The notes: generated by a model from the sequence alone, not told the origin. 64,000 bases of DNA from Balanoglossus misakiensis (GCA_040954595.2 CM082577.2:4700301-4764300); one strand, 5' to 3'. Counted from the first letter of the stretch, positions 12,232 to 25,854 are shown. A program made the numbers and translations.

Positions 12232-15200
12232 TCAGTAATCTTCATCGATGTTGTCCAAATCTGCGTGCTGCGATCTGATGATGGCCGCAGCTAGCATGTT
12301 GGCCGCGCCTGACGAGGACCTGCGACGTCCGAACATGTGACTTGTGTCCACAGTCGGCCTTGCGGGTTCCTTTGCCTTCTTGGGCTGGCTGGTCTTTTCG
12401 TCGTCATCGTCATCATCGTCGGTGCTCGAACTCGAGGAATTTCCGGTCAGCAGAGTGTGCGACAGGCGGCGCTCCACGATCTCTTCCGCGCTCAGGGACT
12501 CGCTCGGCTTCCGATCGACGTCCAGCACCACCACCCCGTCCTCTTTCCGGTCGGAGGAGACATCCGAAGTCAACGTGGTCGCCGGCTGGGGCAAGACGTT
12601 CCGCGTGACCACCGAAGCAGACGGCGATATCTCTATAGCAACGGGCTTATCACTGTCCCCGGGTTGACCTTTTGCAGACGACGAACCCCGGCTCTCGTCG
12701 AAGCTCAGCTTTTTCTTCTTGGATAAGAATTTTGGCTTCCTCAGTATTGACCGACGGTGGTGTTTGCCCTTGGTAGTTTCGGCCGACCCTCGCTTCTTGT
12801 CTTTGCCCTTGCGCGCAGCCTTTTCACGTTCTATTTTGACCGCCTCGCTCGGCGAGAAGTCCTCGGTGTACGTCATGTCGACCTGGTGGATGGTTTCTGC
12901 GTTGGGTTCTTTGACTTCATAGTTTCCAAAGTGAAAGAAGTTTCCAAGTGAATTGTACAGTATCTCAAGACATCGCACCCTAAGGGGGGGAAAACATGCA
13001 CGGAGGAATGAGTGATAAACAAATAAATAATTTAATTGTAATTAAATTGTAATTGTAATCCATAACACAAGGTCAGTAAACATTACAGACCAATCCCGTA
13101 GAGCATTACCTGTGTCGCAGGCACTTGACACAAGACACCACAATGACGAACGCAGTTCCAAATGCTATGAACATGAATATGCATAGCAGCACAAAACTGC
13201 CAAGTGCGCTGCCTTTCAGCCACTCATCTACAGAGAAATGCAAATAGATAAAATAATTACATTACAATGAAGGAATATACTTTTAACATCTTATATTTTT
13301 ACAGCATTGTTGTTCTGTGTATATGATATTTGTTTTTTAAATTCAGTTGTTGACAAAAGGCATTTTGTGCATAGAGAAAAAAACCAATCTGCAAGTACAC
13401 TTCTGCAAATACTGCAGAGTTCACTACAAGATCAAAATTAATGTAGTTTGTCGACCTGGGTCCTCAAGAAATTTTAATTTAGACATAGTGTGTTCAGAAC
13501 GTATGCAGATTAGTGTATTAACACACGGGCCATCCCAAGCAGAAAGGGGTCTTATGGGACCGCGATACTCATGACCATAAGACCCCATTCTGCTTGGGAT
13601 GGGCGTCATGATATCTATGCATCAGAGCAGAAATCATTAAAAAACAATTGCATGAAACTTACGATTGAATTCATGGAGGACGATTCCGAATGCGTGTGTG
13701 ATGACGTCGACGCCGTTGTGGTGGACCAGACAGGAGTACATTCCGTGTCTGCTTTCTTCAACCCAGTGTAAATGCAGCGTTGATGTGTACGGCTCTAGCG
13801 GTTCCTACAGAGAGTAGTTACAACGGTTAGTTGGTACTCACAATGAAGGAGTTTTCGTTTGCAACTGGGATATGGGAAAATTCAAACACCATTCTCACAT
13901 CAGAGCACGATAATTGGCTCACTTACTTGTTCGACCACCTTGATGTTGTCCGAGATTTCCAAGATCTGGCTCTCTTTCAGCCACGTAACAGTCACATTTG
14001 CTGGTTGTTCGGCCAGAAACGCTCCGTAGTCACATCTCAGTTTCACACTGCTGTGCCGTATCACATATTTTTCTTCATAGTGAGCTGTGGTAAAAAAATG
14101 TTTGTTTGAACTGTGTTTGTACTGCAGTTGTGCGACTTGTCTGTTTGTAAACACACTATCGATGTTGTTCCCACTATTTTGGGGACACCCAGCCAGCCAA
14201 TAGTACAGTACCAAAGTTACTTGAAATGTGACAAAAAGTAGCAATGCATTGTTTTCAATGATGTACATTGTAGCAGTTACACTTTGGGCGTCAGTCCTTT
14301 GACTTGCTTTAGTACCAACTGCATTATATGGGGCACACACATATAGCTGCAGACTTGTTTCACTTACTCTAGAAAGAGGATAACTTTTGTTTCTGAAAAT
14401 GAAAAGGTCCTTTTTAGAATTCATTTCCTGTTAACAGTTGTCTTTGCCCAGGGATGAGGTCATGCAGAGATCTGAGGTTAAAATTCTCACCTGCCAGAGT
14501 TGCGGCGGCCGAGTTGAACATCTGGTTTGAATTCCGCAAAGCGCAATCCTTCATCATGAACTCCACTCCGTTGAAGACCACCTTGTAGACGGTTCCCGTC
14601 ATGCCGATTCCGCTGTGTGTTAAGATCTCCGTGACGGACTTGTCCGGTTGACTCACTCCGCCGATGTGCACTTCCCGGGACGGAATGTACGGTTTGCCCA
14701 TGGTGTTGATTTGAGTGGCCGGTCCGTGGTTCAGTCGAATTTCACCCTCCTGGCCCTCGAACACCAGCGAAATAATGTACCATTTCCTGAGCTGGAATGA
14801 CAAAATAACAAAATAACAAAAAAAATAGTACCTCTTCAACTGTGTGTCACACAAGCAGATATGGTTCCATCCCATTGTTTTCAATGGTTAGGGTTTAAGA
14901 CACCCATTTACAGGAAAAGTAGTTAAAATGGGAGATACCTTTTACCACAGGAATGACAGAAATATGTCACTTTCTCAATTTTATGCCATAAAATGTGAAG
15001 GCTGGTCGTTTACTTCATTGGAAGTCTGATTTGGTTTTTGAGTCTGATTGTCAGTCTCTCTAGTGTGTAAATATGCTATCAACATGATTGGTTAATGCCC
15101 ACATCATTGCATTCAAATGGCCCAATCAGAGTCTTGCGGTTGACCTCTGAACCCTAGCTTCCACCAACCTGTATTTCCCCGGCATATATGGTGTGTATGG

Positions 15201-18200
15201 TGGTGCCGTCCCTGATGATGGTCTGAAGATTTCTTCTCCTCAGATTCACGACGACGAACGATCCGGGGATTTTCCCGATGTTGTGCAGGATGATGCCATC
15301 CGGGTGGTCCATGCGCAGGACAATGGTGATGTGCAGAACGCTGGGAGTTGGCTTTGTATAGGGAAGGGAGATCATGGAATACTCGTCCCCGTCAAAGTAT
15401 GGAAGTACTGCATGGATATCTGTGTGTGGTGGGATGCAAGTAAAGGGTTAAATTATTTGATTTTTTTTTGTAATCTGATATATTTATGTATCAAAGATCA
15501 CAAGATGACAAATTCATGAACTGTTCATTCTGTTCATAAAATCACTTTCTATATACTCTTCAAGTAGTAACACTGGTATAGAAAGACGGTGTCAGTTTCA
15601 CCTGTTTGTTGCTGCCCTACATTGTGGGCAATCATCGGTGTTCCCGGTCCCTGCCAGTCTTCGTTTGATTTCAAACTGTATTCTTTGTAGTTAACCCTGA
15701 CATCAGAGACAGTGCCATAAAAACCTGCAAAGGGCATTAAATATATGTGTATGTGCAATGCAATAACAATATATGGAAACGCGACATGTTACAGCCTGTC
15801 AAGATTGAACCATGGTTTGGTGCAAATCCATTGTTTTCTATGGTAACTAGGGGTGAAAGATTAAGCATTCTTTTCACAGTTATCATTTCTCATGGTCAAA
15901 CCAACCCTTATGTTTTCAAGCGTTTGAAGGATTTTCTGACTACTACCCCCCCCCCCCCCCAACCAATTTTACCACTGGCTTTATGATGATGAATGATGAA
16001 CTATATATTTATAATTATATTTACCTTCTTCCTGCCTTGCCACATTTGGAAACTTGCCTGCCGGTGCGCCGCCGATGTACATTTCTTGGTCAAAGTTCAA
16101 ACCTGCCGGGTTACCGATGCTAATCATTTTGCTGATCGGTTTTCCATCGTTTAATCGCATGCTGACTTTGTTGCTTGCAATGGACAATTCAAGAGAGTTC
16201 CACTCAGACTCCTGTCGGTCAAAAACAGTAAAAATATCATGACAAACACTTGCATGTGTGCACTGCTAAAATCAAGGGTAAAGACCAAAGTCATTCACTG
16301 CTCTATGTTATCTTTGGCAGAGAGATGGAGAAGGGTTGGTATGTGCGCCCTCAAACGAAGCAGTGGCGCGGGACCTTTGTTTTTAGTAGGATGTTTCACC
16401 CAGTTCTAACATTTCATCGCTATAAAGAGAGAAGTCAGAAACTACCTTTATAGCTAAAGAAGAGTGGATTACGCCTATAGAACTTGGGGGGGGGGGGGTC
16501 ACGTGGCCAAGTTCGGGCGGAATTCGGACGCGAAAATCATCTCACCATTATCTGACTGGCCATCAGATGAACTGTGTTTGACCCAATCACCAGATGCAGC
16601 TCCACGTACGAATTGGCCAACCCCACAGTGAGCAGAGGCATCCCTTTGCCGGGTCCTCGCCTGACCAGCAATAACCCGTCCAGGGTGACACTTTTGAACC
16701 GCAGATACATGAACAGCAGCCTGGTGGGCGTTGCAGTGGCTGGGTAGAAGAGGTACGACGCGCCGTGGAACACTCGACTCTCGTCCGATGATTCTGTTGG
16801 GTGTTGAACAGAGGGTCGATTTTACATCGTGACACACTGTAGTAGCTCCAGCAAGATTTTGTACAACGGATTCAGTCAAACGCGCGCTTATGTTGGTGCT
16901 TCTGGTACATGATCGCCATTGTAGAGCTTTATGGCAAAAAATTCGGACTATATTACATTGCTATTAAAAGGCGCAGTTATGAGGATAAAATTGTTTGTTT
17001 GTTTTCTTGCAGCCTACTCTGGCTTTTTGTAACTGTAAACTTCGTATCTGCGCATGCACCCGTCACGTGATAACCACGAGCATCCGTTTACGCACCTGGG
17101 CATGGTTGTTCATAGCACTGTCTGAGTTCAGTGCCGATGCCATCGCACTGGGTTCCGTTGCCAGTTGGTGCAGGGTCTGTACACGTCCTGTCCCTGTACT
17201 GCACGCCTTGGTTGCACGTCCTGCTGCATCCGCTCCAGCTGGCCCAGTTGGCCCACAACCCGTTGGCTGGAATCAGAAAAGGTCCCCACAGAATGATCAA
17301 ACTGATTTTTTAAATGTGCAAATTAGCAAAGATGAAATGTATAGGTACTGTTAAAAGGTTGAAAATAAGGATTTAAATAAAAATCTTTGTCTGTCGCCAA
17401 CATTGCAACGCTTTTACCTGAACATTGATTCAAGTTACACGTGGTGGTTTGGATGAACTCGCCCACACATCCATTGATCATGTCAGCGTGTAAGTCCTTG
17501 GTGGCACAGGTACGTTCCCGCGACTCAATTCCGCCGTTGCAGTCAGACGAACAACCGGTCCACGGGGTCCACACACTCCAGTTTTCTAAGGAAGCTGTGT
17601 TTGGAGGCAGGGAATAGGATTTAAGTTATCATTTTCAGTAAATGATATGTTCGCAATCTGGTGTTTTGTTTCACGAAGAAAAATAACCGCGAAAGCCACA
17701 CTTCTGTCCTCGTTCACATACCTGGACACGGCCGCAAATCACAAGCCTGCTGTTCTCTACTGTCGCCTTCACACTCGTCGCCACCGTGACTGGGAAGAGG
17801 CTGAGCGCATAACCTGTACCTTTCCTTGGCGGCGCTTCCACAGGTTGCCGAACAAGGCGACCATTCCGACCACCCAGTCCAACCACCGTCGGCGCGGCCT
17901 CCGTCGTCTAAAATTTAACACAGACAACCACGGTGTGCATGAAAATCTAGTCACCGGCGCTCGTCAGAGGGTAGCGACTTCGCCGTAATGTGTATTGAGA
18001 ACTTATCCGTTGTAAACTGTTCGTAACGGTTTCCCGTTGCTAACTGACTGTACTGTGGAAAGCTGAGGGATGGCAACGGTCACTGATGCTCGATGCTAGT
18101 AGTTTATAAGTACTAGCAGCTTCGCCATAACACACATAATTTATACTGTCTGTTGTGAACGAATGCTTATTAATCATTCTATGTAAAATCCCACAATTGG

Positions 18201-20848
18201 TCAAAGGATTTCGTATTAAGACATTTTCATAAAAAAATAGAACTGATTAACGAAAAAGTGTCAGTATCGTAGCCGTCACCTTGACACGGTTTGTTGTAGC
18301 ACGGTGCCGATTTTTCCATTTCCTTGACGCCTTTTCCGAGTCCATCTTGACATCCGACAATTTTGTTGGTGCACGTTCGGGTGGACACTGTAACTCCGAG
18401 GTCGCATTCCCGGCTGCAGCCTGACCATTGGGACCAAGGTGTCAAGAGTGGTCCAACTAGAAAAAAAAAGCAAAAGATGGGGAGATAGAAATGGGTGATT
18501 ATTAGTGGATATATTCTTCGTGGACAACGTATGATGTGACGAACGCTCTCAAGGCAAATAATTGGCGGCAAAAATGTTCCAGTAAAATCTGTACCTGTGT
18601 TCCGGCATCGGTCGTCGAAGCAGACCGTCTCTTCCAACATGGGACCCTCGCACAGAGCGCCCCCATTCCGCGGTGTCGGGTTGTCGCAGTGCCGCCGTCG
18701 ATTGGCGCGACCTTCTCCGCAGCCAGAGGAACAGGCGCTCCACAGACCCCACTCGGACCAGCCACCGTCCACTTTAAAAAATGAAATTATAATGAAATGA
18801 CATCATTATCTAAAAAGGAAAATTAGTATGATCTTAAAGGAAAAGAAGAGCGTACATACCACCGCTGCCTCACGAGAATTATCATTAAAGAGAACATGCC
18901 TTTGTTTCTGACGAATCTCTACTTTAAGAATCGCCGTATTCTCTAAGGTGTCGGTATATAGGCCTACTTACGTGGACAGCCAGTCGAGTATTTGAAACAG
19001 TTTAGATGAGTCCAGTACGAATCCTGAAAATACAGAAGGGAAAGATGAAACCGTGACGCGTTTTAGAGACTTGAAAGGAAACTGGTTGCACGGGATTTAT
19101 AACACAGATACAACCGTTGCTATTCTGGAATATAGGATCAGCATCAGTCCAGGTCTACATGATAGCTAACATCGCACTACATTGTATATTATAAAGCAAT
19201 AACCGTGACTTAGCTCACACACTCTAATATTCTAAACGACTTATGCACAATTCACTCCGGCATTTCTTGAAATACTAACCGCTAAACGTTTTGGCGTAAT
19301 TGCTTCAAAAACGTGTGTGTAGGTACAGTGACCTATCCAGCAGTCCTTGACCAGAGCTGGGTCGGCCGAGTGAAATTTGTCCACGGACTCTGCCGCCATC
19401 TTGATTGTTGCTTCGTGGTGCGGGGCTACGCCAACTATTGCAAGAAATATACCAATAAATAAAGTATTTCTGGTTAGTTTTGCAATCAGACGAAAAGGAA
19501 CTGCAACAATTGTTTTACGTAAAATTAGAACTGAAATTTTAGTACATGTAATACGAAAATGACCAAGCTCGTGTCTATGCGTAGTTCGGGTATACGCACC
19601 TACTGACATACACTTTTGCATTTCGCAGTCGGTGACTTCGGTATCTTGGCCAACGCAGTGGCTGCCGCCATTTCTCGGGACTGGCGTGTTGCATGCCCGG
19701 TCACGCGTCCGAGCGCCGTCTCCGCAGGTTACGCTGCATGGACCCCACTCCGTCCACCTGGACCAACCACCGTCCACTGCAGGAGAGAAAGCATTTGCTG
19801 TGTAAACAGTGGAGCACCTGTATTCATTCAGAATTCATTAGAAATTCAGCCAGATATTCTTTAAACGCTCATCTAAAAATGGGGTTTGGATACAAATAGA
19901 AAAAAAATGTAGTTTACCGGGACACGCTGAATTGTCTCCAGAAATAGTACATTTGTAGGTATTCCAAAATTTATCCTGCAAAGTAAATTGGATAGAAAGA
20001 TTAGTAGTCACGACTGATGCGTTCACAGTATTTGGACTACTCAATGACGTCTTCTCGGATACGTCGATCGGAAAGCTATGTTTTTGATGTCGATAATATG
20101 AATTACAGGTCTTCAGTAATTACCTTTTCAATGCGGCGTGTGTAATTTGTAGATCAAAACTCAAGAACGAAGCATACAATCGGCCCTAATATTCGTCACT
20201 GAAGGCTTCTTGACATCAAATTCATATTATTTACTTTCCCTATTTAGGTCGGTACAGTCCGAGAGTTGTAGCGACGTCCACAATATGCCTATGTATATAT
20301 GCTTCTTTTTATGCATCAATATGGGGAGAAGGAATGAACTCGATCTCGATTTGGAATTCTGACTTACCCGGCCATGTTCTCTCAAAATATCCGATTTCCA
20401 GTAGTATTTGTCGACGTCTACCATGTCAGCCTGGTCGCATGTTCCCAAGAAGCATTTTTGCACGAACCGATAACGGTAGCCTTTCTTCAAATTTAACAGT
20501 TGGTTGGCAAGCTCACCCGGGATGTCAATATACGACTTGCCTTGGGAATGAGAAAACACGACGCTGTGATCATAACGGGTTTATATCGGTTGTTATAACT
20601 GTTGTTTTTTTCACATTAAGTTTTAGACTGTGTGAAGGTCTATAAATGACCACGTCATGGAGGGACCGTAAAATGACTAAGCTCTCTCTCCCTCCCTAAT
20701 CCCTCCCACTCTCTCTCCCCTCCCTCCCTCAAAGACACAAAGCAAATACGTTACACCAATAAAACTCACCTTCACAAAACCGTGCCGATAGACTAGACAG
20801 AATAAAGCAAAGGACCAGCCAGCGATTTATTCTGCATTTGTACATCAT
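12232..20848 (-). CDS. Type I membrane protein: signal peptide, two degenerate Gla-like modules, six TSP1 repeats, two laminin-G domains, one Ig domain, TM, low-complexity cytoplasmic tail
   Basis: Exons (minus) 20848-20770 (SP MMYKCRINRWLVLCFILSSLSARFCEG), 20540-20368, 19975-19918, 19776-19600 (TSP1), 19434-19280, 19023-18972. TSP1 exons ~18771-18595, 18457-18280, 17907-17722, 17594-17418, 17266-17096 (WSxWxxCSxxC..RxRxC). LamG exons ~16794-14491 (YLRFKS..DGLLL, MYIGGAP, GFYGTVSDV; VHIGG). Ig exons ~14084-13662 (LRC..VTWLK..GMYSC). TM exon ~13228-13110 (FVLLCIFMFIAFGTAFVIVVSC). Last exon ~12980-12232. Confidence 0.88.
13530..13602. repeat. Intronic inverted repeat: 28-bp arms (1 mismatch), 17-nt spacer
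   Basis: CCATCCCAAGCAGAAAGGGGTCTTATGG (13530-13557) against CCATAAGACCCCATTCTGCTTGGGATGG (13575-13602). Confidence 0.9.
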
Positions 20849-21617
20849 ATTCTGCAAGAGATAATTTTGTTTTAAGATAATGCAGTCGCCTATGCAATAT
20901 ATGAGGCAATCAAATCAAATACGTAGTTATAGGTACGTTGCTTTGGAATCATCTTGAACAGAAAACTAGGGCCTAGGCCTATGTGAACAAGTCTTTAGTT
21001 ATTTCGCAAAATCTATCATGATAGACACAGGCGTCGGATACAGGCATAAACTAAGTTCAAGCGCTGTCCTACACGTATCCTCTCGTGAAACTTTTCTCGA
21101 GAGAACAATAAATTAGGAAAGATATGTTAAAATATCTTACTTGATTTTTCGATGTCCAGTCTAACTACAGTTTGTATGGTGAATGTATCCGGTGGCGCCA
21201 GCGACCGCTTGCTGCATTTTCCATCCAACAGCAGCTGTTTCTGGTGACAGTAAACTGGTCATTTCCAGACACAGGAAGTTAAACGTGTTCCAAAATCAAA
21301 TATCGTTTCGTCCTACTCAAGAATAACAATTTCAGAAGAGGATCGAGACCGTAGTATAAACGAAAAGAGATTGCGAAGATGGCGTTCTGTCTGTTTTGGC
21401 GTCCATCGAGGAATTCTGTGTTCTAGTTGACGTTCGATGATGATGTCATCGCGCCGAAGAACTTTCAACCAATAGCGTACCAGCTAGACTGGACGCACAC
21501 GCGCGCGTAGATAAATTTCCGGGGACTGAGACCTGCCAACCGCGGTTAACCCGCTATGCGCGAAATACTACAGGCCAGACGTTGGCCAGGCTAGGGTACC
21601 GGCAGGTACTAGTACAC

Positions 21618-21632
21618 GTTACCATGGCCAAC
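21618..21632. promoter_or_regulatory. X-box-like (RFX) motif upstream of the TSP1/LamG receptor gene
   Basis: GTTACCATGGCCAAC resembles GTTNCCATGGNAAC and lies in a CpG-rich stretch 5' of the gene. A 5'-UTR exon donor is near 21139. Confidence 0.35.
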
Positions 21633-22386
21633 AGTCGTAGATTTCAAGGCAGTTTCCCCTTCGTTCAGTTGTGCGCGCAAGTTGACATCATCGCGCACGC
21701 ACGCCCGATCGATTACAGGAAAATCAGAACTCATGCATATTTGTTCTACAGGAGTGGTCTCACATTTCATTTTCATCTTTTTTCTTTATTCCTGGTTTTG
21801 AGTCTTTGAAAGCAAAGTTTCACTCATGCCACTATGATTTATACAATTCAATCAGGAATGTAAATTACATGTAATTCAAAACAAACTTAAAGTCTCATTT
21901 TGCACATTTTGGACAAAACCAAAGTGGTATAAGTGTTCAATCTTTCTTTGATTATATAACTAGTGTACTGCTACAATCAAACTTCAATGCTCTCCATTCA
22001 CAGTCATATCCTTGCGATATTTTTGAAATATCACAGTTAGTACTATCATTATTTATAAGATCCAATAATTATCATTGTTGCATATGTATTGTTGATTACA
22101 CTGTTGTTGTTCCTGGCAAAAATGAAACTGGTATTTTCACTGGTGAAATTCAAATAAAATAAAAACTCAGAGCTCCTTTTTAGATTCCAAATACCATCAG
22201 GATAAATACTGATAAAACTTACATTCGTACATCACATACACTAACAATTTTCTCTAGCCGATTTTAGTACAGTGTAAACTGTAAACTAGCCACATGGTTA
22301 TCAAAATGATTGTTCAACCACAGCTGATCATCGTCGACCGAGCATCTGTGAAAAGCCCTGTCAAAACAGAGCCCCCTCCCTCTTCC

Positions 22387-25078
22387 TTACACAAGCCCCA
22401 TCCAGCGTCGAATCCTTCGCCTGTTTCTGACGAAGATGTGCACCACACACAGGATCGCCAGAGCTGAGCCGAAAAACATGTACCTGGAGAGTTGGTTGTA
22501 CCTCGACGGTAACCACAGCAACGTGAAGTTTATTCTTCCGGTAGAATCTGTGAAAATGCGTGCAAGAAGTTATTTGGGGTCAATATCTCTGTGATTCTGA
22601 AAATGGATGACGGTATGTGACTTCCATTTAAACAAGGGAACACTTTCTATGAAAAGCCTGCACACGGGATTTGTCTCTTACAATGGAACTACATCAAGTT
22701 CAGCGTGCTAGAAAACCCACTTCTCCATCGGTCTAATGTTTCAACAATTCCTGTTCCCTAATAATAGCGGTTCTGTCGGTATATTTAACCTAAGTGATTT
22801 CACTGTCTATGACCCCAAAACTGAGGTCAAAATTTGCATACAGTACCTATGACAGCAGCTCCGTAGGCCATTTCCGGCACTCCCATTCTGTAGCTGCACG
22901 TGGGCACGGAAAACTCCACGGTCTCCGGTAGCATTCCCTGGACTCGACTTTTCTGACCGATCTCCTTGTGTTCCGACTCCATTCTCTTTGCCAAACTTTC
23001 CACGTTGTGCTTCATAGTTCCTTTCTAATCAACAACAACAAAAAAACAGACGAAAACTTATAAACCTAATTCGCTGTTTCCCCCAAAAATGACCAAAACA
23101 TAAAGATTCTGACAATTAAAGTGCAGTGTTTCATTCACTGAACATTTATAGTATTTTTTTTTGGGGGGGGGGGGGTCCCAAACTCAAGGACATGTCAACT
23201 GCTATCAAATGCACAATCTTATCACAATGATCCTATTTGTTCATTTTCATTTATGGCAGAGCTCAGTATGTCAGGTTTATGATAGCAACCAAAAAGGCCA
23301 AGGTTATAACGGTGCTATGCAAGTTTCATGATTTGCCGTTGTTGCATCCGAGTCCAATTCGGGAAATGAGCTCCAAATACAAGAGATTTTCTTTCCTCCC
23401 AAGTTTCCACTCACAGGTGTGTGTGTGTAAATTTAGTGAAACAAACAGCAGTACTGCGTACATTCAGACAGACCATGTGTAGGCAATATGCTGGGTTTCC
23501 ACGAAACAGGTTCTATAGATACTAGTAATACCAGATATGCTAAAAATAGTACCAGCACATTGCCAGCATTTTGCTATGTTTTACTATATCTGTACCGCAG
23601 TTTGCGACAGGCTGAGGCCCGACCATTTTGTTTTATTTATAGTTTGCATACTTACATAATGCGAGTGAGCGGTAAACGCGTACTGTGGTTTCAATCGAGT
23701 CAGCAGCTGAAAAAATGATCGATGAGATGTGTCACTTGCAGTAGATAACATATAGACTTTAGTTAAAAGTCATCATTATCCTTGTCAGTCAACCCCTGTC
23801 GCCAGAACTAGTTTGAAAAGTACTAGTACATGTACTAGCCTAGGCTCACCCCTGTAATTTGCTACAGCAGAAATATTCAACCACAGCATAGTCCATCAAT
23901 GTGGAGACTGTGACTATGGTATCCATTTTTTTATCTACCTCTGTAGTCCGGGATAATTTGAGGCCCAGCAGCTTGGGATGTGCCATGAGTATTCGTATCT
24001 GGTTGTCGCTCGTCAACACCATTTCCTCCAGTTCTTCGTCCAGTCTCTCCCGGAAGAAACTCTCCTTGGCAACGTCGGAATATCTCATCCATGGCACCAA
24101 ATCAACCTGAAGGATAATGAAGAGCAATATTAGTGAAGGTACATGTGCACACACAGATGCGTTCTTGTGCTCCACAATGTGACCAAACACTCTGGTTTGT
24201 GTTTACAAGTACAATTGGGTCTATGCTCATTGCTGACAATTTCTTTGATTAAAAAAAAAACATTTTTACTATTATTTAATACTCTCTGAAACACAGACAG
24301 ACAGTACCAACCTTTAGAAAATCCACATACTTGAACGACATCACTTCACACAGCTTGCCAAAGTGAACTTCAAATCTTTGCACCTTGTCCTGAGTGATGA
24401 AGTCGGAGCTCTCCCCTCCGATGTCATTGTCGCCTGGCAACATCATCATCTGAGGAAGAGAAGATGCAGGTATTGTGGGTATGCTGTCAAATAAATGTGT
24501 GAGCATTGAGTTGTCTGATCCAAAAATCAGACAGATACTTTCACTGTTTTAACTGCACTAATACCAACATATTTTAATTACACTTTTTCCCACAATATAC
24601 TTGTTCTAAGGAAATTTAATCTCCCCTTCCTATTATTTACCTTGACATTCATGTGCTTTGGTATGACAAATATTTTCTTGAAGAATCTTCTCTTGTAATC
24701 CAAATATTCGGCTTCGGTGGCAATACTCCCTTCATCAAGAAGATCGCCTAGAAACACCACAACGTCTGGTTCCAGGAAATGCATGACCAATTCAAAATTC
24801 CTTTGCAGGTATAGGTCCGAATCCCATCGCGCTATCGATCCGATTGGAAACGGCATTTCTCTCCGGATACCCTGGAGCTGGGGGTCCGCCACGAAGAGCA
24901 CTTTGACATTGTCCGGGTGGTCCATCGACATACCCGGCGGAGCGGTGGGGAATTTCCAGCCGCCGGCCTGCCACATGTACTCGAAGTACTCCGTGTATGC
25001 AAGCAACGCGGCAATTAACAGCAAATATACGATGAAAACAGAGTTAAAGACCGTGCTGGCACGCGGTAAACCCCTCAT
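22387..25078 (-). CDS. MPPE1: Metallophosphoesterase 1-like (MPPE1/PGAP5/Cdc1 family) membrane protein; exact orthology not certain
   Basis: Exons 25078-24641, 24449-24312, 24106-23939, 23706-23656, 23024-22847, 22547-22387. N-terminal TM, then VLFVADPQLQG, RWDSD, PDVVVFLGDLLDEG, PGDNDIGG, FTAHSH, VPTCSYRMG, and a C-terminal TM. Confidence 0.82.
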
Positions 25079-25854
25079 TGTGATGAACTCGATAGCGACC
25101 TTCGAGATCAAATTAGTGAATGCTTATCACATAACGGTTTCATACCAGACAGGGCACTGTTCATGTTTCATACATTACCAATCATCGGAGTCGCTAATAT
25201 GTTCATTTCAATATTAATCATCGATTACGAAGTGATAGTTTTCGTCTAAGAGGAGAAGTTTCACGTCGTACGCGGTTTAACGGAGAACACAATCTGCCAA
25301 ACATTCCGCCGTTTAATACCATCACCATCACCATTCACCTCCTGACTACAGTCATGACACGTTCTGTTTACATTATAGAAATGGCGATGTCACCGTATGG
25401 ATCACGTCGACGCGACAATCTATATATACATAGTCGCACAAAGTTTGATGACTTCGCTGAAGCCTGCAGTCCCAGATCGGCAACTGGTGATTTGCTTGTG
25501 CGTCTGCCTTACCTGATTCCGTTAGACATGACAACTTCAACAGCTCACTTGGCGAGGAAAAGGCGAGAGACTGATCAGACTTGACTTGACTTGTACTTGT
25601 ATACATGTGTATATGAAACGAAGCAGACGCCGGACGCCCTCAACGATGAAACGAGACAGGTAAATTCAGCGCCTGCGCACCACTGACTTTTGCTGAGAAC
25701 GAGGCAAATTCCAACAACATCCAAAAGCTTGTAGCTTCACCACCAATGTCATCGTTCTGCTTGTAATTTGTGGGTACTCTAGGCGCAAAATTCACACCTT
25801 GTTTCAAAAGTATAACTTCAAGCTGAATACGTTCCCTCAAGAAACGTTGCGAAG
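25079..25854. promoter_or_regulatory. Probable bidirectional promoter region between MPPE1-like and TTC26
   Basis: The two start codons diverge ~780 bp apart. An X-box-like GTTCCCTCAAGAAAC is at 25831-25845, just before the TTC26 ATG. Confidence 0.5.
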
